From IMG/VR virus record IMGVR_UViG_3300012232_000011, positions 17,196 through 81,195 of that record: a stretch of 64,000 bases of DNA. One strand, given 5' to 3'. Positions 55,529-62,113 of this stretch are shown piece by piece. The translations under genes and the position numbers were made by a program. The stretch comes from a virus. The notes under the pieces are model-generated. The model made no database searches, was not told the origin of the DNA, and saw nothing but the letters and a program-made list of their open reading frames with translations. Each line of letters begins with the position of its first letter. Within the stretch, counting starts at the first letter, position 1.

Positions 55529-56000
55529 CCCACTCGGCTCCCGCCGCATGCATCTCTTCCAGTTTGGCGCGATCCAGTTTCCCGAACCGCACGGCGCCGG
55601 ACGGCCACGACTGCAGCGACTTCGGGTCGTATTCGTACTTCGTCGCGATGAAGACGCCGTAGTTGCCGGAGTCGACCGCATAGGTTCCGTGCTGATCCTC
55701 TATCGGCTCGCGCACCCGCTCGCCCTTCAGGAAGGGACATGAGAGGAACGCCCGAGCCGCGCAGCGCGGATGGTTGGGCGGATCGTTGAACCTTGTCGAT
55801 TCCTCACCGCCGACGAAGACGACGGGCGACCCGAGGCGTTGGCCGCATATGCCGCAGAGGTTCTTTTCGAGGCACTTGCGGATCCGCTTTGGGTCGATGG
55901 CTTTGAAGTCCGGGACGCCGTCGCGGTCGCGGCTCAAGGTGTACGGGACTTCCTTGCCCTTGTATGCGTTGTGCCCTTCAACGAGGCGGAGCGTTGCCAT
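55506..56000 (-). CDS. conserved Cys-containing phage protein (island 3)
   Basis: PDFKAID..LCGICGQRL..VFVGG..DPPNH..CA..A..SCPFL resembles a known hypothetical phage family. Confidence 0.7.
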   Translation of the reverse strand: MATLRLVEGHNAYKGKEVPYTLSRDRDGVPDFKAIDPKRIRKCLEKNLCGICGQRLGSPVVFVGGEESTRFNDPPNHPRCAARAFLSCPFLKGERVREPIEDQHGTYAVDSGNYGVFIATKYEYDPKSLQSWPSGAVRFGKLDRAKLEEMHAAGAEWDDVRPTP

Positions 56001-56497
56001 TACCAATCCCCCACGGGCTTTTCGCCGTCAACCTGGACCATCCGATCCGGTCGGTACATCGACAGGAGATCCCGCTTCGCATCGTCCAACTTGCGCTGCG
56101 CGACGCGGAGATCGACTTCCCGGAGGGCGACGATCCCGCGCATCGTCGCGGCGGCGGCTTCGCGTTCGGCATCGTAGAACCCGACCGCGCCCGATAGCGG
56201 ATCGTTGCCCCAACCGGGGACGCCGACCTCGTTGCCGTACCACGCCCCGATCCGAAGGTGCCCGTTCTTTTTGAATTGCTCGGGCTTCCAGTAGTGAGGC
56301 GACGCCTCGGGGTTGTCGCCCTCGACGAGCCGCGTCGCCGCGTCCATCGCTATCGCCCTCGCGTCGACGGGTTCGCCCGTCCCGACGTAGACGAGGCGTG
56401 TTCTGTCTAACGCCGGAGGCGATGCCTCGCAGTCGTGCGTCCCGCCGCACCCGGCATCGTGGATCCGGTGATCCTTCCTGTGCATTGGCTTTCCCAT
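56000..56497 (-). CDS. hypothetical protein (island 3; start may be 56485)
   Basis: GC3-rich ORF coupled to the next gene. Confidence 0.65.
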   Translation of the reverse strand: MGKPMHRKDHRIHDAGCGGTHDCEASPPALDRTRLVYVGTGEPVDARAIAMDAATRLVEGDNPEASPHYWKPEQFKKNGHLRIGAWYGNEVGVPGWGNDPLSGAVGFYDAEREAAAATMRGIVALREVDLRVAQRKLDDAKRDLLSMYRPDRMVQVDGEKPVGDW

Positions 56498-56524
56498 CCT
56501 TCCGGGGAAGTCCCGGAGCGTTGC

Positions 56525-57181
56525 CTAAGCAACGCTCCAGAACGCCCGACCGTTGACCGCGCCGCCCGTGATCTTCGACCCGGCAGCGGACAGCGACTTG
56601 AACGTCTCGCCGTCGAACCGGATCCCTACGCCGTCGCCGTTGGCGACCACGCTCGCGTGGTAATCCGTGCCCTTGTGCCGGGCGGTCAACTTCATGCCCG
56701 GCTTCAGCGTCGCCGGGTCGATCTTCTCTCCCGCAACCTTCGCTGCGCGAGGCTTCGCCGCCGCCTTCGCCGGGCGGCTCGGCTCGACTCGGGTCGGCGC
56801 AGCCTTCCGCTTACGCGCTCCCTTCGTCGCCTTCTTACCCTTCGCCTTCGCCATGTCGTCTGTCTCCTCCTCTTCCTCGTCGCCAACGTCGGCGGCGGCT
56901 TTGACCAACGACGCGGTCGTCGCTGGATACATCCTGTGAAAGAGTGCCTCGCACTCGTCGGAGCAACTCCGCATCCGACCGGATCGCCCCTTGTTCTGCA
57001 CGTTCTCACCGGAGGCGCAGCATGTGTAGCACAGATCCTGCGTGATATCGAACGCCCGGGTCGCGAACACGTCGCGCACGGTCATGAAGTGCTGGCGCAG
57101 GACGTCGTCCGGTGCGTCGATGGCGGGACGGTCGAGCGGTAGTTTAACCGCTGCGCTGTTCGTTTTGGTTCCACTTGTCAT
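56525..57181 (-). CDS. protein with Zn-finger-like N-terminus, Lys/Ala histone-like linker and C-terminal RAMA/DUF2924-like domain
   Basis: FDGETFKSLSAAGSKITGGAVNGRAFW matches the RAMA/DUF2924 pattern. Confidence 0.7.
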   Translation of the reverse strand: MTSGTKTNSAAVKLPLDRPAIDAPDDVLRQHFMTVRDVFATRAFDITQDLCYTCCASGENVQNKGRSGRMRSCSDECEALFHRMYPATTASLVKAAADVGDEEEEETDDMAKAKGKKATKGARKRKAAPTRVEPSRPAKAAAKPRAAKVAGEKIDPATLKPGMKLTARHKGTDYHASVVANGDGVGIRFDGETFKSLSAAGSKITGGAVNGRAFWSVA

Positions 57182-57375
57182 GATGCCCTCCGCGCTTCCG
57201 GCTTGCGCCGCTCTTGGATCTGATTGCCGCGCTTTTCCAGAACCATCCCGACGGGAAACGTCTGGAATGTCGCGACCCATTCGGGATCGTCGCCTTCGCC
57301 GCCGTCATGCCGGGTCAACCATCCGCCCTCGCGATAGTGCCCGAGAATCAGGGCGCGGTATTGCGCCTCGTCCAT
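57178..57375 (-). CDS. hypothetical protein (possibly the 3' half of a frameshifted gene starting at 57805)
   Basis: GC3-rich frame extends upstream of the ATG to about 57406. Confidence 0.5.
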   Translation of the reverse strand: MDEAQYRALILGHYREGGWLTRHDGGEGDDPEWVATFQTFPVGMVLEKRGNQIQERRKPEARRAS

Positions 57376-57805
57376 TTCGCCAACGTCTGCGACCTTGAAC
57401 GTCGTGGGCGGCGGCAGCCGCAGCCGCCGTCGATGATGCCGCCTGCACGATTCGGCGCACTTCCTGCGCCATCGCTTCGACCGTGTCGGGCGTCGAGTCG
57501 CGAATCCCGCTCCAGTCGAAGCCTTGCGCGGGAGTGAACCCCGCGACGCCGTAGCCGTCCTGCAACGCCCAAACAGCGTCGACGACGGCGTCCTGTTGCT
57601 TGCGCGTCCCGCGCTTGCCCATCACGTAGTCATAGATCAGGCGCATGTTCGAGCGGCGCACTTGCTCCGCCATGCACTGATCCATGTGCGCGTCGACGGT
57701 CGCAACCTTCGCCGACGTCTTCAGGTTGCCGCGCTCGTCGTCGTCGAACGTGACGCCGAACCCGCACCCGCTGTTGCACTCGTAGCCGTTCTCTGTGTAT
57801 GCCAT
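57305..57805 (-). CDS. hypothetical protein, first gene of island 3
   Basis: Follows promoter copy C; the last ~30 codons look out of frame. Confidence 0.65.
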   Translation of the reverse strand: MAYTENGYECNSGCGFGVTFDDDERGNLKTSAKVATVDAHMDQCMAEQVRRSNMRLIYDYVMGKRGTRKQQDAVVDAVWALQDGYGVAGFTPAQGFDWSGIRDSTPDTVEAMAQEVRRIVQAASSTAAAAAAAHDVQGRRRWRNGRGAIPRPDSRALSRGRMVDPA

Positions 57806-57811
57806 CGTTGC

Positions 57812-57860
57812 TCTCCCTTCCTTCAGTTACAAAGGTAACATCCGCCGCTGCGTCCGTCAA
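57812..57860 (-). promoter_or_regulatory. conserved promoter-operator-RBS unit, copy C
   Basis: TTGACG-17-TACCTT, palindrome at 57826-57839, then ACTGAAGGAAGGGAG. Confidence 0.85.
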
Positions 57861-58062
57861 CCCCTGCGGCGGCAATTTGACAGGAAAAGCAGGGCGATTT
57901 ATCGACGCCGACGCGGCGCGGAGCCAACGGAAAAAGCCGGGGACAAGTCACCCGGCTTCATCCTGAAGGATGGAGAAAACAAACCGATCCCGGGCTTACG
58001 CGCCGGGCGCGGGTGTTTCAACCGATCCGATGATAAGGCACGGATAAACCCTCCGGCAAGGG

Positions 58063-58110
58063 TTGACAGTCAAGCGGGGCGATGTTACATTCTTAACTGA
58101 AGGAAGGGAG
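58063..58110 (+). promoter_or_regulatory. conserved promoter-operator-RBS unit, copy D
   Basis: TTGACA-17-TACATT, GTTAC-ATTC-TTAAC at 58084-58097, then GAAGGAAGGGAG. Confidence 0.85.
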
Positions 58111-58119
58111 TAACAAACC

Positions 58120-58287
58120 ATGAACCCAACAGAAGCACCGGAGCGCATCGAAGTCCCCGACGGAATGGACGTGTGCAATAACTGCGGCGAGTTGTTCCGC
58201 GTCCTGATTTGGGACGGGAGCATCGAGGGCACGACGGATCGCCCTCAGTACGATCCGATGGATCCGCGCTGCGGGTGTTGCCGATGA
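58120..58287 (+). CDS. small Cys-rich protein, not in the ORF track
   Basis: MNPTEAPERIEV..CNNC..RCGCCR*, 55 aa, directly after promoter D and its RBS. Confidence 0.7.
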   Translation: MNPTEAPERIEVPDGMDVCNNCGELFRVLIWDGSIEGTTDRPQYDPMDPRCGCCR

Positions 58288-58391
58288 TCCTTGCCTTCAC
58301 TTCGCTGCAAGTGGGGATCGCGAGCGTGTTCCTGATAGCGTTCGCGATCCTCGTTGCGGTTCAGATGGTACGCGGAGGACCGGGCGAGTGA
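58284..58391 (+). CDS. 35-aa single-TM peptide
   Basis: ATGA-coupled hydrophobic MILAFTSLQVGIASVFLIAFAILVAV... Confidence 0.55.
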   Translation: MILAFTSLQVGIASVFLIAFAILVAVQMVRGGPGE

Positions 58392-58750
58392 TTCAGATCG
58401 AGACGTTCGAGGGAGCGACGCTCGACGAAGTCCGCGACGCAATCAACGAGCGGCTCGCCGGGACGCATCGCGCCGTACAGACGGCGTCGATCCATATCGC
58501 GACCGCTCGTGTCCTGATGAGCGTACAGACGCCCGGCGCATCCGTCGGCGTCAATCACTTTGAACAGGTGCAGCGATGGTACGGTTGGATCGAGATTTCG
58601 TCGTTCCGGCGCGACCTCGCGACCGAACACACGAAGGGGGAACAACATGCCGATCAGGGGACTCAGCGACACCCGCCGGCTTCCGCGCCTCGGGAAGATC
58701 CGCCTCGGGATTCAAGTTCCGAACGCGAACGGATCGGGGACGCATCCTGA
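58388..58750 (+). CDS. hypothetical protein
   Basis: GTGA-coupled; its 3' end overlaps the next gene by ~100 nt. Confidence 0.55.
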   Translation: MIQIETFEGATLDEVRDAINERLAGTHRAVQTASIHIATARVLMSVQTPGASVGVNHFEQVQRWYGWIEISSFRRDLATEHTKGEQHADQGTQRHPPASAPREDPPRDSSSERERIGDAS

Positions 58751-59807
58751 GAAGACCGATCACTTCGTTTGCCCTCCGGAGCTGTTGGAAGCGTTGGAAG
58801 GCAAAGTGCGGATGTGTTCGTGCGCGAAGCCTGGACCCGTCGAATTGCCGATCATGTTCGTGTCGAATGACATCGACGCGACCGCGCCTCAGTGGTACAA
58901 GATGTACCGAGGCAAGAGCGGCCTCGGGTGTATCGGCGACGGCTTCACCGCAACCGCGCAACTCGATCCGTCGCTGAAGCTCGTCCCGGGTGCCCGTGGC
59001 GAATATGCGAACCCGGCGCAAGCGTCCGCCTGGTCGGGCGAAGGCGCGAAAGTCGAACGCAAGATCGACTGCTTGGGCGAAGGCTTCGATGGCGCGCCGC
59101 CGTGTCCGGTGTATGCGGCCAACCGCTGCAAGCGGACGCTCTCGCTCATGTTCGCGATCCCGGACGCGCCCGGGTTGGGCGTCTACCAACTCGATACCGG
59201 GTCGGTGTACTCAATCCTGAACGTCAACGGTTTTCTCGCGTTCCTGAAGGGGATCACGAACGAACGGATCGCCGGGATCCCGCTCATGCTGTACGCGGAG
59301 CAGCAGGAAGTGACGCACGACAAAAAGCCGACGAAGGTTACGCTGATCCGTCTCGATGCGAAGTTGACGATGGGGCAGCTACAGGAGGCGGTCGGGCGCC
59401 CATACATCGCGGCGGAGTTGCTCCCCGCGCCGGCGGAAGATCCGCCCGACGATGAGAACGTGATCGAGGCGGAGTCCCGCGAGCTTCACGACGCGCTGCC
59501 AGCAATCGACGTCGCCGCCGAGCGGCAGCGTTGCCGGGAGATCCTCACGTGGGCGCACGAGAATTGGAGCGCGGAGGATTTCGCCAACCTCATGGGCGCG
59601 TTGCACGGTAATCTCCAACGTCCGGACGCCTGGACCGAAAAAGGCAACCTCAAGGTGTCACAGCTCGCGCCGGACGTTGCGAAGATGGCGGCGGACTTCC
59701 TACAGGAGCGCAAGGAAGCGGACATCGGGAAGGGACCGCCGCCCGACGAAGGGATTACGTCCGCCTCGGGGACGGGTGCCGCGGAACCCGCCGCCGCTCC
59801 GGGCTGA
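58647..59807 (+). CDS. Gp3-like (recombination directionality factor-like) protein
   Basis: MPIRGLS..RRLPRLGKIRLG..TDHF..CIGDG..C..C...GVYQLDTGS..SI is the family pattern. Confidence 0.75.
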   Translation: MPIRGLSDTRRLPRLGKIRLGIQVPNANGSGTHPEKTDHFVCPPELLEALEGKVRMCSCAKPGPVELPIMFVSNDIDATAPQWYKMYRGKSGLGCIGDGFTATAQLDPSLKLVPGARGEYANPAQASAWSGEGAKVERKIDCLGEGFDGAPPCPVYAANRCKRTLSLMFAIPDAPGLGVYQLDTGSVYSILNVNGFLAFLKGITNERIAGIPLMLYAEQQEVTHDKKPTKVTLIRLDAKLTMGQLQEAVGRPYIAAELLPAPAEDPPDDENVIEAESRELHDALPAIDVAAERQRCREILTWAHENWSAEDFANLMGALHGNLQRPDAWTEKGNLKVSQLAPDVAKMAADFLQERKEADIGKGPPPDEGITSASGTGAAEPAAAPG

Positions 59808-59824
59808 TCCGGTGTTCTAATGGC

Positions 59825-59956
59825 GGAGGCGTTCGCGCCTTCGTCGCTCGCCGTGATTCACGCTCCGGGCAGATCGCCTGGAACCCTATGCGACAAGCTC
59901 CCCCGTCGTATTGGGTAGGATCTACCGGAGATCCCACGGGTCGCGGCGAGCGACGA
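59825..59956 (+). ncRNA. multi-branch structured RNA candidate (UUCG hairpin + four-way junction)
   Basis: 16-bp closing stem 59841-59856/59941-59956 with three internal hairpins; all non-canonical pairs except one U-U are G-U on the + strand. Confidence 0.65.
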
Positions 59957-59988
59957 GAGCGCGGGACACAGCAGAAAGGACTCCGACC

Positions 59989-60489
59989 GTGGCCGACGAT
60001 GCTGAAGATATCGAGTTACTCCCGACGCCGATTGAGAACCATCACGCCGGGATCGACAACGTCCGATTCAAGAAGGGGCCGGGCGCGTCGGTTCTCTCGT
60101 TCACCGTCGAGATGATCTACACCGCGAGGACGCGATCCTTTTTCGACTTCCTCGCCGGCGTCGCTCAGGCTGGCGCGGTTGTGACGATCCGCCCGGCGAC
60201 TGGGATGTTATGGCCGGACGCGACGGAGGAACCCGCCGCCGACAACGCGAGCGACTCTGACAAGGAAGGCGGCTCGTCGCCGCTGCCCGGTGCCTTCGAC
60301 GCTTGGCCGAAGTCGTGCGGACTCAAAGTGAAGACGCACGGGATGAACACGATCTGCGACGACGGGCACGTGACGAACACACCCGCCGGGGAACCGTGCA
60401 ATCGGATGGACAACGAGGCGGGATCACCGGACGACGAACCGCCGGAGAAGCCGAAGCGTCGGCGCGGCGGGAAGGGACAGGCGGGATGA
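59989..60489 (+). CDS. hypothetical protein
   Basis: GTG start after AAAGGA; acidic tail and terminal basic patch. Confidence 0.65.
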   Translation: MADDAEDIELLPTPIENHHAGIDNVRFKKGPGASVLSFTVEMIYTARTRSFFDFLAGVAQAGAVVTIRPATGMLWPDATEEPAADNASDSDKEGGSSPLPGAFDAWPKSCGLKVKTHGMNTICDDGHVTNTPAGEPCNRMDNEAGSPDDEPPEKPKRRRGGKGQAG

Positions 60490-60644
60490 GCGCGATCCGC
60501 GAGTGCCGCAAGTGTCACGGGAACATCGTGCGTCCAGCGTATCCGGGCGATGGGGCGTGGCCTGTTGGGATGATGTGCCGATGTCCTGAGAACCAACCGA
60601 ACCCGGGAACAGAGCCGGAGGATAGGGAGCCGCAACCCGCATGA
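60486..60644 (+). CDS. small Cys-containing protein
   Basis: MSAIRECRKC..MMCRC, ATGA-coupled. Confidence 0.5.
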   Translation: MSAIRECRKCHGNIVRPAYPGDGAWPVGMMCRCPENQPNPGTEPEDREPQPA

Positions 60645-61336
60645 ATTGTTGCCCGACTCCGCTGGCCGTCGACGGCTGTTGCGCTTCATGCGGCGCCGGA
60701 ACCCGCGATGTTCAACCGCGCCGGGGCGGACGCCGCCGGACACCCGTCGCAACACCGCCGCCAGCTCCGGCGCCGCAAGTGCGCCCCGCGCTCGCGAACC
60801 TCGAACTTATCCAACTCGAACCCGCCGACCTGAAATACATCGGGCGCGTCGCCGGCGCGAGGTTGTCGGCGAAGATGCCGGGAACGAACAAACTCGACAG
60901 CGTGACGCGGACGCACTCCGAGGCGCAACTTCACCGGATGGGCGTCACCGTGAAGTACGCGTTCTCGAAAGCCTTCGGCCTCGAGTTCGACACGTCGGTC
61001 GGAGTCCGCGGAGATAGCGGGTACGACACGACGCTGCCCGACGGTCGCACCGTGCGGATCAAATCGAGGGACCGCGTCGAAGCCGACCTCATTGCGACGG
61101 CGACGGAGATCGTCGCCGACCTCGTTGTGCTGGCGATCATCATCACGCCCGACGTCGTCCGGCTCGCCGGCTTCATCGAACGTGAGGCGTTCTACGCCGC
61201 CGCCTGGCGAAAGGACTTCGGCCACGGCGAGCGGTTGATCGTGCGACAGAAGAAGTTACGCCCGATGTTGGAGCTAATGCGACCGCCCACGAAGGAGGTT
61301 GTCGCGCCGGCGGACAAACAAGGGAGGCTGATATGA
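60641..61336 (+). CDS. PD-(D/E)XK-like nuclease-fold protein with apparently degenerate active site
   Basis: G..VKYAFSKAFG..GDSGYDT..GRTVRIKS..ADLVVLA..VRLAGFI pattern. Confidence 0.5.
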   Translation: MNCCPTPLAVDGCCASCGAGTRDVQPRRGGRRRTPVATPPPAPAPQVRPALANLELIQLEPADLKYIGRVAGARLSAKMPGTNKLDSVTRTHSEAQLHRMGVTVKYAFSKAFGLEFDTSVGVRGDSGYDTTLPDGRTVRIKSRDRVEADLIATATEIVADLVVLAIIITPDVVRLAGFIEREAFYAAAWRKDFGHGERLIVRQKKLRPMLELMRPPTKEVVAPADKQGRLI

Positions 61337-61383
61337 ACAACGAAGCGCACTCGGACGGGCGGAGTCCCGTCACGATCTGGTGA
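61333..61383 (+). CDS. 16-codon coupling mini-ORF
   Basis: GGAGG RBS; ATGA and GTGA overlaps with both neighbours. Confidence 0.35.
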   Translation: MNNEAHSDGRSPVTIW

Positions 61384-62087
61384 TACTTCGGCGCACCGCC
61401 GCGCTACTACTGATCGCGGCGTTGCTTGTTTGGTTTGGGAGCCTGGACCATGATCGATTCAATCCTTCATCTCGGAGCGTTAGCCATGATGTGTCTGATC
61501 ATGCTCGCGTTGACGATCAAGTTCTGGATCGCGTTCAGTACGACGGACGCGACACCGCCGGATGGGACGCCGGAGAAGGAACCCTCGCGGGACTCTGGCT
61601 CTTGGGAGCGCACTTCGGACGGTCGCTGGCAATGGACGACGCCTACGCCCGAGCAGTCGGCGACCCGACCGTCGTCGCTCGATCATCGGGAGATCCCGTC
61701 GTTCGTTCGCCTTCAGCCGTCCCTTCGCCGCCCGTGGCAGGAACAGGTGGCGGAGCTGTTGGAGTTGGAGGAACAGCGAGCGGGGCGACCCTTATAGCGG
61801 GAAGCGCGACGCATTACGGGCTGGCGTATCAGGGAAAGGGCATGGCCTGCGGTGGCATCTATGACACGGCGAACCCGTTGATCGTTGCGGTTGGCCCGGC
61901 GTACTACTCCGCGTGGCCCTGCGGCACTCCGCTCCGCGTCTGTGGCGCAGGCGGTTGCGTCGACGCCTTCCGATCCGATTCATGCCCGGGTTGCGGCCCG
62001 TACCTGTTCGATATGAGCGAGAGCGGACTCGCCGCCGTGTGCGGCGCGGTTGTGAATTGCGCCGTCACCGTCGAAGTCTTACGATAG
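61380..62087 (+). CDS. secreted RlpA-like/double-psi beta-barrel (lytic transglycosylase- or expansin-like) protein
   Basis: Signal peptide; ATHYG..MACG..IVAV..CGTPLRVC..SDSCPGC..FDMSE motifs. Confidence 0.75.
   Translation: MILRRTAALLLIAALLVWFGSLDHDRFNPSSRSVSHDVSDHARVDDQVLDRVQYDGRDTAGWDAGEGTLAGLWLLGAHFGRSLAMDDAYARAVGDPTVVARSSGDPVVRSPSAVPSPPVAGTGGGAVGVGGTASGATLIAGSATHYGLAYQGKGMACGGIYDTANPLIVAVGPAYYSAWPCGTPLRVCGAGGCVDAFRSDSCPGCGPYLFDMSESGLAAVCGAVVNCAVTVEVLR
61450..61797 (+). CDS. overprinted single-TM protein nested in the RlpA-like gene (+1 frame)
   Basis: GGGAG RBS, N-terminal TM segment, high GC3 over 115 codons. Confidence 0.6.
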   Translation: MIDSILHLGALAMMCLIMLALTIKFWIAFSTTDATPPDGTPEKEPSRDSGSWERTSDGRWQWTTPTPEQSATRPSSLDHREIPSFVRLQPSLRRPWQEQVAELLELEEQRAGRPL

Positions 62088-62113
62088 GTGCAATTTGCCG
62101 GGAGCCTGGACCG

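Noticed and set aside
59841-59956. tRNA gene
   Set aside because: The closing stem is 16 bp, there are no D- or T-loop consensus bases, no 7-nt anticodon loop and no CCA.
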